From Blastocladiella emersonii ATCC 22665 (lineage: Eukaryota; Fungi; Blastocladiomycota), in assembly GCA_025594325.1 (NCBI GenBank), contig JANHCV010000005.1, forward strand, positions 682,001 through 746,000: a stretch of DNA of 64,000 nucleotides. Direction: 5' to 3'. Below the pieces are notes generated by a model. It ran no database searches. It saw only the letters and a program-made list of their open reading frames with translations, and was not told where the DNA came from. A program made the position numbers and the translations under genes. This document shows positions 23,326-34,788 of the stretch, piece by piece; the stretch's first letter is position 1; each line of letters opens with the position of its first letter.

Positions 23326-24351
23326 CTACTCCTGCGCCTTGAACGTGGCCCGCAGCGCCGCAACCGTCCCCGGCGTCGTGCGGCAACACCCACCAACGCC
23401 AATCAACCCGAGCGGCGCCCACTCACGGCGCGCGAGCTCCGCGAACGCCGCGTCCGACAGCCCGCTGCCCTCGACCCACGTCCGCGTGGTCGTGTCCCAC
23501 TTCTCGCCGCGGTTCGGGTACACGACCGTCGGCAGCGCGCGGCCCGCCGCTTCCGCCGTCGCATGGACCCGCGTCAGCAGGGACGTGACGTACTCGGGCG
23601 GCGTGCAGTTGATCCCGAGCACGAGATCCTCGGGGGATGCGAGCACGTCGCGCGCCACGTCCTCAATCGCGTCCCCCGCGCCCGTCGTCGCGCCGTCGCG
23701 GCATGTCACCGAGACCCAGATGCGGGGGAGCGAGGGAACCTCGGCGCGCAGCACGGTGACGGCGTCGAGGACCGCGCCGAGCTCGACGCGCGTCGGGAGC
23801 GTCTCGAACGCGAGCCAGTCGACTTTCGCCAAACCCTCGGCGCTATACGCGCGGAGCCGGCGCAGGTGGAAGTCGGCGAGCGTGGCCCGGTCAGCACCGT
23901 TCGCGAGGAACGCGCCCGTGAACTCGGACCCGTCGGCGAGGATCGCGCCGTAGCTGCCGAGCGAGAGGGCGATCTGCGGCGGCTTGCGCGAGGAAGGGTG
24001 TGCGGCCACGTACGCGTCGCGCGCGTCGACGGCGTGCTGGATCCCGCGGCGCATCAGGGCGGCGGCCGCGTCGGGCGCGAGGTGCAGGTGCTGCGCGAGG
24101 TTGTCCTGCGCGGCCTGGTACGTGCCCGTCAGGATCACGTCCGCGCCCGCGGCCAGGTAGCTCGTGTGCACGGCCTGGATCGTCGCTGGGTGCGTCTCGA
24201 TGCAGCTAGACGTCGCAGGTGTGAGCGGCTGGCCGGTGTGGGCGAAGGGCGGGGAAGCGTACCCGGCGCCCCACAGCGGGTCGGCCGCAATGTTCTCGAG
24301 TCCGTGCGCGCGGCGCAGCTCCTCGCCAAAGGCGCCGTCGAGGATGAGCAT
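23326..24351 (-). CDS. Homocysteine S-methyltransferase (Sam4/Mht1/MmuM family); probable 57-nt intron 24206-24262
   Basis: ILDGAFGEEL, VHTSYLAAGADVILTGTYQ, SLGSYGAILADGSEFTG, LAFETLP, GINC, VVYPNRGE and GGCCRTTP (Zn-binding Cys). Confidence 0.92.
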   Translation of the reverse strand: MLILDGAFGEELRRAHGLENIAADPLWGAGYASPPFAHTGQPLTPATSSCIETHPATIQAVHTSYLAAGADVILTGTYQAAQDNLAQHLHLAPDAAAALMRRGIQHAVDARDAYVAAHPSSRKPPQIALSLGSYGAILADGSEFTGAFLANGADRATLADFHLRRLRAYSAEGLAKVDWLAFETLPTRVELGAVLDAVTVLRAEVPSLPRIWVSVTCRDGATTGAGDAIEDVARDVLASPEDLVLGINCTPPEYVTSLLTRVHATAEAAGRALPTVVYPNRGEKWDTTTRTWVEGSGLSDAAFAELARREWAPLGLIGVGGCCRTTPGTVAALRATFKAQE

Positions 24352-25086
24352 GGTTCGTCGATTACGTTGCAGAGAAAGGGTCGAATGGAGAGCGCTCAGG
24401 GAGGGCGGTCGGCGCGCTCCTTTTGAAGGGCAGGCGGTCCGTGGCCACAGTCGCAGCCACGGCCGGAAGAGCGGTTCGCGGTTCGCGGGAAAGCGCGATG
24501 GCGCAACGCGGTCGCGCCATGCCGCGTTCGCCGCTCGAGTCATCGCCGCCGTCACGAGCGACCAAGCAAGCTGCTGCGCCACCCGCGAGACACTGTCAGC
24601 GCGAGACACACACGGGCGAGTCGGCGGGCGGCGACCAGGCGTTTGCACGCGCAGCAACGCGGAGAAAGCCGGCGGTCGACAGGGACGCTCGCCGATTCGC
24701 CGATCCCTCCTCCCTCTGAACGCCCACCACCGCGAGCAGCGTTGCGGTTTCGTAAGACTTCATGGAGAGACGGCACGCTGCACACGGGAGAGGAGAGAAA
24801 GGCGACGGTGTGGAGCGGGTGGGCGGGGTCGTCGCAGCCACCGCCACCTTGGCCTCGCTCATTTCGCGGCAACGCATTTTCATCGGGAGCGGTCCCTTCG
24901 CGCTCGCTCTCGCTCTCGGACGCTCGCCTCCGCATCCTCTCTCTCTCTCTCGCTTGCATCGGAGAGTGCCAGGAGCAGGCTCCGTCTCTGTGCATTCGCC
25001 TCCTCCCTCCCTCTCTACTGCAACGCATCAACACCCCACGCATCAACGCCTGCACTTCTGCCACCCGAACCACCACATCGACCAGC

Positions 25087-27155
25087 ATGACGGCGCACCA
25101 CTCGCAGCTCCTGACGCCGTTCTCGGCGACGCAGCCGAACCCGCAGCTGCTGGCCGCCAAGGGCCAGCTGTGCCTGCGCGTGGTCGAGGCGCACGACCTC
25201 ATGGTGCGCAACCCGGCCACGGCGCGGCCCTACTGCGTCGTCGAGTTTGAGCGCAACGAGTTTGTCACCAAGGAGGCCCCCGTGCGGACCAGCCCCGACG
25301 CCCCCGGCCGCTCGCACACGGTGTGGAACCACTTGGCCGTCTTGTACGTCTGCTTTTCTCTTGCTCATAACCATTTAGCCGAGCCACCGGTCACAAGCAG
25401 CATTTGCTGCTCTCGCTGTGGGCCGCTCGACCCGCCGGCGTACGGCACCGACGGTCGGGCGCTGGGTGAGTGCGTCAGCGCACGACGTCTCGCTCGGGCT
25501 GACAAACCTCGCCGCCGTCGTGCACTCGGCCGTGTCCACGACGCTCGGCGGCCCTCGCTCGCTGCTCATTTCCGGGTTCATTTCTCCCCGCCGACCCCGG
25601 AATGAGCGAAGCGGAATGCAGCGACCTGGGCGGCTGCGGCGTCAGCCCTGCGGTGGACCCACGCGGGCCGCCTTCGTCGGAGCCGAAACGCGACGCGTCT
25701 CTTTTTCACGCCAACTGACCCTCACCACCTACAACCACGTCTAGCGATATCGCGCGGCCCGACGGTGAGTTCATCATCACGGTGTGGGACCGCGCCGCCA
25801 CGTCGGACGGCGAGGCGTTCCTCGGCATGATGCGCGCGCGCCCGTCGCAGGTCCACGACAAGGTTAACGACCACATCTTCCAGTACGTTACATTTGCGGG
25901 TTGTGTCAAGTAGAGGGCGGTGGTGGCTGACTCGTTGTGCGGGTGTAGGCTCGGCCCGCGGTACCCGCAGGAGCGCATCTCAGGCGTGATCCGCGTGCAG
26001 TTCATGTACAAGCTCGTCAAGGTACGCCTCCGTTAGCGCTCACCGCGGCGAGCACCGTCTCACCCTCCTTCGAACCATCATACGTAGGGCAAGCCGCTGT
26101 CGGCCAACGACTTCGACCTGCTCAAGGTGCTGGGCAAGGGCAGCTTCGGCAAGGTGCTGCAGGTGCGCAAAAAGGACACGGGCCGCGTGTACGCGATGAA
26201 GATCCTCAACAAGAAGGACATCATTGCGCGGCAAGAAGTCGCGCACACGCTGAGCGAGCGCAACGTGTTGGTGCAGGCGTCGTCTCCGTTCCTGGTCGGG
26301 CTCAAGTTCTCGTTCCAGACCCCCGACAAGCTGTACCTCGTTCTCGACTACATGAACGGCGGCGAGGTGTTCTACCACCTGCAGAAGGAGCAGGTCTTCT
26401 CCGAGACCCGCGCCAAGTTCTACACGGCCGAGCTCGTGCTCGCCCTCGACCACCTGCACCGCCACGGCATCGTGTACCGGGACCTCAAGCCCGAGAACGT
26501 GCTGCTCGACTCGACGGGGCACGTCGCGCTGACCGATTTCGGCCTGTGCAAGGAGAACCTGTACGACGCGACCACGACCACCTTCTGCGGGACCGCCGAG
26601 TACCTGGCGCCCGAGGTGCTGTCTGGTGCCGGGTACGGGCGCGCCGTCGACTGGTGGTCGCTGGGGATCCTGCTCTACGAGATGACGGCGGGGATCCCGC
26701 CCTTCTACTCGGAGAACACGAACCTCATGTACCAGAAGATCATGTACGAGGAGATTGCGTTCCCGCCCGGGTTCTCGGCCGAGGCGCAGTCGCTGATCCG
26801 CGGGCTCCTGACGCGCGACGCGCGCGTGCGGCTCGGGTCGTCCAACGCCGACGCCGAGGAGATCAAGCGGCACCCGTTCTTTGCCGACATTGACTGGGAC
26901 AAGCTGCGCAAGAAGCAGATTGTGCCGCCGTTCAAGCCCACGGTCGAGTCCGAGACGGACACGTCCAATTTCGACCCGACCTTCACCGAGTCCATGCCCG
27001 AGGACTCGCTGCCCAACAACTCGACGCCCCTGTCCGAGACGCTGCAGGACCACTTCAAGGGATTCACGTACAACGGCGAGTCTAACCTGCACGTCGGGTC
27101 CGTGTCGAGCGCCAGCAGCTTCACGCCGCGGTTCGGCAGTCTCATGGAGGAGTAA
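25087..27155 (+). CDS. C2-domain AGC kinase of Sch9/Ypk1 type; exons 25087-25343, 25745-25882, 25949-26021, 26088-27155
   Basis: C2 fragments LRVVEAHDL, PYCVVEFERNEF and FIITVWDR; kinase motifs GKGSFGKV, YAMK, YRDLKPEN, DFG and TTTFCGTAEYLAPE; hydrophobic motif FKGFTY. Confidence 0.92.
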
Positions 27156-27225
27156 TGGGCGGGTTTTGATAAGACAGTTTTTGGATCACAATAATACAGT
27201 ACACACTTGCACCCTAAATCAATCA

Positions 27226-27611
27226 TTAGGACTCGGCCAGCTTACCCTGCATGTGGCCAAAGAAGCGGAAGCAGCACATGGCGCCCGTCTTGCCCTTGGC
27301 GGCGGTCGTCGACGTGTTGGCCATCTCCTTGGCCACCTCGTCCCACGTCACGCTCGCAAACTTGAGGTCCGGGTCCATCAGCGTGAACCCGGGCGGCAGC
27401 GACGCCTTGGGCACGCCGATCGTCCGCAGCGCGGCGCCCAGCACCTGGTCGTCGAGCGGCGTCCACTCGGGCTCGTGGCTCACGATCACGTCCTTGATCT
27501 ACACGTTGCAAGTCGGGTTGAGTGGGCTGGGCGAGGGCAGGTCGGGTCGAGTCTGCGGACCCGCCAGCCGTCGCGCGTCGGGTTCGTGGTGGTGGCGGTA
27601 GTTGATGACAT
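27226..27611 (-). CDS. Small hypothetical protein (about 107 aa); exons 27611-27561, 27498-27226
   Basis: 62-nt GTCCGC...TAG intron gives MSSTTATTTNPTRDGWR|IKDVIVSHEPEW...CCFRFFGHMQGKLAES; strong GC3 bias. Confidence 0.6.
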
Positions 27612-27839
27612 TGCAGTTGCGTTGCGCCAAGTGGCAATTCGCGTTCCGTTCAGTTGCTACGTGTGCAGTGCATGGACAGGGAGACAGAGTGCGACCGATG
27701 TGGCGTTTCTCGCCAGACGCGTCGTTGCGCTCGCGTCAGATGACACGTCGCTGCGCGTCCCTTCTGACTCGAACGGGCCTCCCCTCTCAAAAGCTCCCTC
27801 TCCCTCTGCAATGTACTACACCAACTAGACTTCCATACC

Positions 27840-29525
27840 ATGCATCAGTTCCTGCACGAGACCACGCTGCACCTCACCGACCCGCCGCCGCTGCAGTTCA
27901 CGACGTGCACGGTGGCGGCGAGCCCGGGCGACTCGTCCGTCTACGTGTTCGGCGGCAAGGCGACCGAGGACACGGGCCACGCGTACCGCCTGTCCAACAC
28001 GCTGTACCGGCTGCACCTCGCCAACCCAACTTCCACCGAAACCCTCGCGTGGGAAGCCATCCGCGCGCCGTCTGACGACACCAGCACCCCGTGGCCGTCG
28101 CCGCGGTGCTTCCACGCGACGGCGTACTGGCCGCAGACGCGCGAGCTGGTCGTCAGCTGCGGGTTCGGGATCCCGGCCGACGCAGCTACGGGCCGCGTCG
28201 CGGTCCCGCCGCCCGCCGCGCAGATGGTCAGCGATATCTGGGCGTTCCAGATCGATTCGCGGACCTGGCGCCGCCTGCCGACCGCCGTCGACCCGCTGTC
28301 GGACCACACGGCGTCGATCGATACGCGGCGCAACTTCATGTATCTCGTCGGCGGGTCGTCGATTGCGGGGGACAAGTTCGTCTTGCCGTCGCTCGTCACC
28401 GCCGTCGACCTGCGCGCGCAGCTGCCCGGCGCTTCCGGTAATGCCGCGGCCGCCGTCGCCCAGGTCACGCCGCAGTACTGGCCCGTCTCCTTCCGCCGTC
28501 GGCGGCACACGGCGGCCATGACGTGCGAAGGCCTGGCGGTCGTCGGCGGCCGCGACGAGTCGTTCGCGACGCAGCCCGCGGCGCTGTTCAAGGTGAGCCC
28601 GGTCGCGCAATCCGCAGCGCGCCGGCTCAACCACGCGGGCGGCCGCGGAATCGCCGTCGCCGCGCACCCGGTCCCGGCGCTCGACGCGCTCGCCCGCGAG
28701 TGGGTCCCCGCGCTGGGCAACGGCGACCGTGCAGAGTACGCAGCGGCGGCCGACCACGTGCGCGTGTTCGAGCTCCCCGACCCGCGGTTCCTCGGCGCGG
28801 TGAATTTTCCCGACAAGGGGGAGAGGACGCGCGTCCGCGTGTACGACGTCATGGGCGCGGCCGAGGTCGCAGTCGAGCCGCTCGACTTGCCCGGCGGCGT
28901 CCACGCGCCCGCGGCGTTGGGCGAGGGGATCGCGTTTGTGCGCAGCACGTTCAATGCGGTCGCGCTCGTCAATTACTCGCGGTTCGTCGTGTTTCCCGAG
29001 GCCGAGGACGCGATTGACGTGCCCGTCGACCCGCGCGTCCCCGCCGACGCGACCATCGAGTGCGCCAACGGCGAGCTTGTCGGACTCGACCCGCGCCGAT
29101 GCCGGTACGTCGCGCACCTGCGTGACGTGTTCACCCCCACCTCCTCGGGCGTCGCGGCGCACGAGGAGGCACGCACGCGCCGACTCGTTCTCCCGTCGGA
29201 CTCGGCGTCCGCGGTCCGCGCGACGCTCGCGTTCGCCGAACACGGGGACCTGCGGGGCGTGACCGCCTGGCCAACCCTGCGCGGCGTGTACCACCTCGCG
29301 CACGTGTGGTGCGCGCCGCGGCTCGTGGCCGCGTGCTGCCGGTGGGTCCTCGCGCGCGTCGCGGATCAGGGGCCCGCGGACGTTTTTGGGAATGGGGATC
29401 AGGGGGAGGAGGACGCGGTGGTCGAGATGTTGGGCGAGGCCAACGCGGCGGGGGAGCACGGGATGCAGCGTGTCCTCGCGTACGCGTTCCGCGTGTGGGG
29501 CGTTGGTGTCGAGGAGGATGAATAA
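27840..29525 (+). CDS. Kelch-repeat protein with a degenerate C-terminal BTB-like domain (Mds3/LZTR1-like architecture)
   Basis: VYVFGG, WPSPRCFHATA, MYLVGG and RRRHTAA...LAVVGG kelch motifs; DATIEC...LVLPSDSASAVRATLAF...VYHLAHVW resembles BTB. Confidence 0.75.
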   Translation: MHQFLHETTLHLTDPPPLQFTTCTVAASPGDSSVYVFGGKATEDTGHAYRLSNTLYRLHLANPTSTETLAWEAIRAPSDDTSTPWPSPRCFHATAYWPQTRELVVSCGFGIPADAATGRVAVPPPAAQMVSDIWAFQIDSRTWRRLPTAVDPLSDHTASIDTRRNFMYLVGGSSIAGDKFVLPSLVTAVDLRAQLPGASGNAAAAVAQVTPQYWPVSFRRRRHTAAMTCEGLAVVGGRDESFATQPAALFKVSPVAQSAARRLNHAGGRGIAVAAHPVPALDALAREWVPALGNGDRAEYAAAADHVRVFELPDPRFLGAVNFPDKGERTRVRVYDVMGAAEVAVEPLDLPGGVHAPAALGEGIAFVRSTFNAVALVNYSRFVVFPEAEDAIDVPVDPRVPADATIECANGELVGLDPRRCRYVAHLRDVFTPTSSGVAAHEEARTRRLVLPSDSASAVRATLAFAEHGDLRGVTAWPTLRGVYHLAHVWCAPRLVAACCRWVLARVADQGPADVFGNGDQGEEDAVVEMLGEANAAGEHGMQRVLAYAFRVWGVGVEEDE

Positions 29526-29535
29526 TGTATAGATG

Positions 29536-30960
29536 TTACGCGAGACTCATGGACCCGATCCCCGCAACCACCTCCGTGACCGACACGCCGCCGGAACCCG
29601 CGAGGATCTGGTCGATGAGCCACACCCCCGCGCAGAACGGCACGAGCGCGAGCTCGGTCCCACCGGACCCCGCGGCGACCGCGTCCCATACATCCGCCAG
29701 CGTCGCGAGTGGGACCCGCGACCGCTGCCATACGGACACGACGGTGGCCGCGGGCACGCCGCCGGCCTCGGGCGCGGCGCCGAGCGAGCGGAACAGCGAC
29801 TCGTACCGCGCGCGCGCGGGTGGGGGGATTTGGTCGTAGATGGTCGCGGCTACACGGGGACGCCGTGTTAGATTTGAAAGGGACGAGGGTTTGGGGGGGG
29901 GGGGGGAAGTACCTTGAGACACCTGCGAACCCGGCCCGCTGCGCGTCGAGTTGAGCGACACGCTCGACGTGAACAACGCGCCGTTGCTCCCCGCCGCACC
30001 CAAAAAGCCGGCGTGATGCTGCGCGACCGCTGCGTTCACCACGGCTGCCAGTGCCGGGCGCGGGGCGATCGCCGGCGGCGAAACGTCCCCACTGCTGGAT
30101 ACCGCCGGCGGACGCCCGCTCCGGCGCGGCGGCGGCGGCGGCGTCGCGCGGCCCTGGATCCGGTCGTGCGCCGCGGCCGGCGTGGTACTGCTCGCGCCGT
30201 TCGTGCCGGCGATCCGGGGTGGGAGCGGCGGCGGCGACGCGGACGCCGCGGTGACGGAGGCCGGGATGACGGACGGGCGCGGCAGCGTCGGCGGCGGCGA
30301 GGTAGTCGTGGAAGAGGCGAACTCGGCGAACGCGGCCGACATGGCCGCCGCGCCGGGGCTCGCTGCGGCTGCGGCGGTGCCGGAGAGCTGTAGCGGGCGC
30401 GACGGCGGGCGCGACGGCGGGCGCGCGGGGACCGGCGGCTTGCCCGCGGCAGTGGTGGTGGAAGGCGCAACGTGCGGTGTCGGGAACACGGCGGGTCGCG
30501 CGGGCACCGCGGGCGGGATCGCGGGGACTGCGGGCACCTCGTCGCCGGACGTGAAGACGTGCCAGCCCGCGTGCGACCCGGCCGAGCCCGGGCGGCGCGG
30601 CGGCGGCGGGCGCGGTGGCGCGGCACCGCTGGTGCCGGCGGGGGACGCGGTCAGGACAGTCCACGGATTGCCACCGTCGTTGCTGCTCCCGGGAAGCGTG
30701 CCAAAGGCGGCGAACGGGGACGCGGCGGGCGTCGGCGTCGTGCGGCGGCTCGCGGGCGCCGAGCCGGAGGTGGCGGGAGGGAAGACGGCGGGTCGCGGGG
30801 CGACGGGGGGCGGGACACCCGCAGAGGGACGAGGGAAGGCGGCGGGCGTGCACATGGGTGGGCAGGGAGCGGGAGGTGTGTCGTCGACCTCGGGCTGCGG
30901 CGGCGGGGTCGCGGTGCCCGAGCTGAACATGGCGATGCGGTCCTTGACGGAGAGGGACAT
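29536..30960 (-). CDS. Pro-rich protein with C-terminal EH domain (Irs4/Tax4-like); probable 63-nt intron 29850-29912
   Basis: RARYESLF...VVSVWQRSRVPLATLADVWDAV...FCAGVWLIDQILAG; many PPxPxR motifs; the intron has a CTAAC branch site. Confidence 0.8.
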   Translation of the reverse strand: MSLSVKDRIAMFSSGTATPPPQPEVDDTPPAPCPPMCTPAAFPRPSAGVPPPVAPRPAVFPPATSGSAPASRRTTPTPAASPFAAFGTLPGSSNDGGNPWTVLTASPAGTSGAAPPRPPPPRRPGSAGSHAGWHVFTSGDEVPAVPAIPPAVPARPAVFPTPHVAPSTTTAAGKPPVPARPPSRPPSRPLQLSGTAAAAASPGAAAMSAAFAEFASSTTTSPPPTLPRPSVIPASVTAASASPPPLPPRIAGTNGASSTTPAAAHDRIQGRATPPPPPRRSGRPPAVSSSGDVSPPAIAPRPALAAVVNAAVAQHHAGFLGAAGSNGALFTSSVSLNSTRSGPGSQVSQGTSPPPPKPSSLSNLTRRPRVAATIYDQIPPPARARYESLFRSLGAAPEAGGVPAATVVSVWQRSRVPLATLADVWDAVAAGSGGTELALVPFCAGVWLIDQILAGSGGVSVTEVVAGIGSMSLA

Positions 30961-31151
30961 GGTAGTTGCGCGCAGTTGTTTGTTACAGATGCATGGCAGT
31001 CGGTTTCTGTCGTTGCGAGAGAGAAGGGAGGGACGCGTCGTTGGCGAGGTCGGCGGCGTCGGCGAGCGACGTGCTGAGTGTGGCGCCGCGACGCCCACCC
31101 TCAAGAGCGCGTCGCTCTTCTCCCCCTCCCTCTCTCCCAAACCATCAACCA

Positions 31152-33598
31152 ATGCAGCCAATGGACCCCGCGTCGCCCAAGCGACCGCCCGCACCGTCAG
31201 CCTCGCCGCCGCCCGTCGCCGACCCCGTGCGGTGGGCGCGCGACCGCATCGCGGCGCTCGGCCTCGCCCCCGACGCCCCGCTCACCCCCGACCTGCTCGA
31301 GCGGCTCACGGCGCAGCTCGACCGCGAGAAGGCTGCGCTCCTGCAGGAGGCCAAGGACCTGATCGCGCACCACCACGGCGCGCTCGTCACCTTCCGCGAC
31401 CAGGCCGCCGAGGCCACGGCGACGACGAGTAGGGCGCAGGACGAGCTGCGCGCGATCCAGGAGCAGATCTTTACCGGGCCGGTACGTCGCTCGACTGTGC
31501 GTTTACGGGTGCGAGGCTGACGAACCACCGACCAGAACGCCCTGGCCAAACAGGTCCGCGACACGCTCCGCGAGGACGCCGAGGCGAGACAGCGCGAGGC
31601 CGACCTGCGGCTCGCCCAGGCGCTGCTCAAGCGCGCCGTCAAGGTACACACACTCCGCCCGCTGCCATCCTTCCCGCCCACACTCACCCTCCGTCCCCGC
31701 ACAGATCGACGCCCTCGCCAAATCCTCGGACCAGCACGCCGCCGCCGGCTCGTACGCGCTGGCCGCCGAGCACATCACGCTGGCCGCGCGCAAGGCCGTG
31801 CGCGGCGCCGAGAAGCACCCGGACCTGCTCGTCTACCGCAGCGCGCGCAAGGTCGTGACCGCACAGCGCGCGGCGCTCGCGGCGGCGGTGCTTGCCCGTG
31901 CCGAGTCGTGTATCGCCGTCGCCGACGGCGGGCAGCGCATCACGGTCACGCTGCATCGTGAGAACGTGCAATTTGCGGACCTCCTCGCGGCGCTCGTCGC
32001 GCTCGAGCAGAGCACCGAGTCGTGTCTCGCGGGCCCGCTCGCGGGGCTCGACGTGCTTAACCGCGAGCTCGTCGTTGACGCGACTTTGGGGGAAGTGACC
32101 GTCTCCACCCGCTCAACCGACGGCGAGCTGGACCTCCCCGCGAACCTGCGCCGGTACGCCGACGCCCTCGCCCTCCTCCTCCCTCCGCCACTCCGCGCGA
32201 CCGCAGGCCTCGCGCCGTGCGCGGCCCTGATCCAGCGGTACACGCGCGACGTCCTGCTCCCGCGGATCCCAACCTCGCCCGCGGGCCTGCCCGCCTTCTC
32301 CGCGTTTTTGGGGAGTTCGCTCGACACCGAGTCCCACTTCGCCGCCCTCGGTCTCTACAACCCGGCGGAGCGCGAGTGGTCGCTCGCGCACTTCTCGGTC
32401 CCGCGCGCGTACCTCGCCGCGCAGCTGCACTCGGTTCTGGCGCGCGTGCGCGACCTGCTGATCGCGCCCGTCTCCCCCGAGACTGTGGCGGCGGCCGGGT
32501 TCGATGAGCACGGCGCCGACGACGCGGCCGCGGTTTTGGCCGACCTGCCCCGGCGAACCGCCTTGCGCGCACCACTCGCGTCCAAGTCCCCGCTCCTCGC
32601 GCGCGGCAACGCGCTCGCGTTCCCGTCCTCGGCGCAGATCTCGCAGACCGCCGTCGACGTCGCCTCGGTCCTCGACTCGCTCGTCGCCGGCGCGCGGCAG
32701 GTGCCCGGCCCCGACTCGGCGGCGGAACACGCCGCGCACGTCGCCGCGGTGCTCGACCTGTACCTGATGCACACGCACGCGCGGCGGCGTAGCGGGGTGG
32801 GCTTGCGCGAGGCGATGGTCGCGCACAACGACGCCATGTTTCTCGCGGACTGGTGCACGAAGCGGTGTCTCGTCGAAGCGGGCGAGGGGGAGGTGTGGGC
32901 GCGGGCGCTCGCGCGCGCGGTGCCGCGGCTCGTGCAGGCGGCGAAGGACGGGTTCAGGCGGAGTCTCGCGGCGCGCCGGAGCGAGCTGGTCCAGGGGATG
33001 CGGCCGCTCGAGGGGTGGTTTGCGAGCGGGATCGTGGAGAACCGCGACGCGATTGCGGAGCTGCTCCTCCAGGTCGGCGGCGAGATCAAGGCGCAGGCCG
33101 TGGTGCTCAAGGTACGCTTCCTCTCTCCCTCTCACTCACCCGCGGACTGCTCTAACCGCTCAACGACAGGACCTGATCCCGCCGTCCCTGCGTCTATACT
33201 GGCTCGGCGCCATGTACGACGCGGCCCTCTCGCACGTCCTGAACGAAGTCCTGTCGTGGGACGACATCACGGCCGCCGAGTCCGAGGAGCTATGCTCGCA
33301 GCTGCAGACCCTGCTGATCCCAGCCCACCTGTTCGGGGCGCACGACACGGGCGAGGACGCGGGCGGGATCCCGTGGGTGCCGCGGTTCCGCGCGTTCCGC
33401 GATACCGTCGAGGTACTCAACTTGCCGCTGCGCGCGATCCTCGACAAGCTGCGCGCGGGACGGTTCCGCGACAGTCTGGCGGCGCGCGAGATCGCGCACC
33501 TCGTCGCCGCGCTGTTCCAGGACTCGGACGTCCGGCGTGCTGCGCTCGCGGAGATTGCGGAGGGGGTCAAGAGCGGGCTCGTGCGCGGGTCGGCGTAG
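31152..33598 (+). CDS. ZW10: ZW10/Dsl1 kinetochore and ER tethering protein; exons 31152-31481, 31536-31643, 31705-33111, 33170-33598
   Basis: HNDAMFLA motif; C-terminus LRAILDKLRAGRFRDSLAAREIAHLVAALFQDSDVRRAALAEI typical of ZW10; three canonical introns restore one frame. Confidence 0.82.
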
Positions 33599-33674
33599 TG
33601 AGGAGGGGATGGGGTACACAAGGATTCTTATACGTAGCGGGATGAACAGGTAGGGGGGTAGGGAACAGACAAAG

Positions 33675-34176
33675 TTAGGCCGACGCGGTTGCCGTCTCGG
33701 GCGTAGCGGCAGCGGGCGCGGCAGCAGGCGCAGCAGCCGCAGCGGCCTTCTTCGCCGGCGCGACGGAGGGCGAGACGGCGATGGGGACCATCAAGCTCGG
33801 GTCCTCCTTGAGGTGGGCGGGCGTGAACCCGAGCTTGGTCGGCAAAAAGTTCACGTCCTTGCGGAACCCGGCGTAGGTGCGGAAGGTGGCCGCGTTGCGC
33901 GGCGGGCCGCCGGCCTTGCCGCGGCGCTGTCTCCGGCGCTTGGCCTACAGTTTCGGGGACGGTGATCAGCTCGCAGGTCGACGAGGCGGGCGGGCAAGGG
34001 GTGTGAACCTTGAGCATGCCCTGGTACTTGTTGGTCTTGCGGCCGTCCTTGGTGTGCTTGTTCCAGATGGTGAACAGCGAGCGGGTCGCGGTGCCCGTGG
34101 CGACGGCGGCGACCGAGTTCATGGCCGCGAGCGGCGCAGTGACGGCCCGCGAGACGAGGGACCGCAGGGCAAACAT
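33675..34176 (-). CDS. Small basic protein with a mitochondrial-type presequence; exons 34176-34009, 33944-33675
   Basis: MFALRSLVSRAVTAPLAAM...RSLF presequence; basic core NKHTKDGRKTNKYQGMLK|AKRRRQRRGK; 64-nt intron; TAA at 33675-33677. A mitoribosomal role is only a guess. Confidence 0.6.
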
Positions 34177-34788
34177 TGCAACAAGTTACGTCGAGAAAGC
34201 TTCGTGGACCGACGGCAGGGTCGCGGGTGATCCGTCTCCGATGGAGAGCGAGGGCCGGTGTTGAGGCCGAAACCGCGGTTTTGGGTGCGCCCACGTGAGT
34301 GATACTTGGCCGAGCTGGGAGAGGAAACCGGCCGCGGGCAAGGCGCAGCGCCACACGCGCCGCGCTCGCTCACCGCGTCTGCTCCCCTCCTCACTGCTGG
34401 AATCCCGCCACGCATCGACAATTCACTGCGTGCACTCTGCGCACGGACACGGAGCACGCTCGGATCCACCATCGTCCACCGCTCGCCCGCTCGCCGCACA
34501 TTGTGGGCCGACCTCTTGCACGACCACCGCACACCGCTCTCGCTTCCCACCATCCCGTTGCTGCTGCTGCCCGAGGCCGACCACCGACCCCCTCCGGCGC
34601 CGCACGCAACCCCCTGAACCGCCATTCCGCCCGCACGCGACCCTGCTGCTGCTGCCCGCGCGTCCGCCCGTGACGACGACGACGCAGCTGCTGTCGCTGC
34701 CGCAGCCGCAGGCACCGCCGGCCCGCCGCCTACCACCACCCCTCTGCTGCCCCGGCGCCTCGACGACAACCGCGACGATTACGACATC

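Noticed and set aside
29893-29906. Poly-G run as a G-quadruplex or regulatory element
   Set aside because: It is an intronic poly-C (pyrimidine-rich) tract on the coding strand of the EH gene, with no further support.
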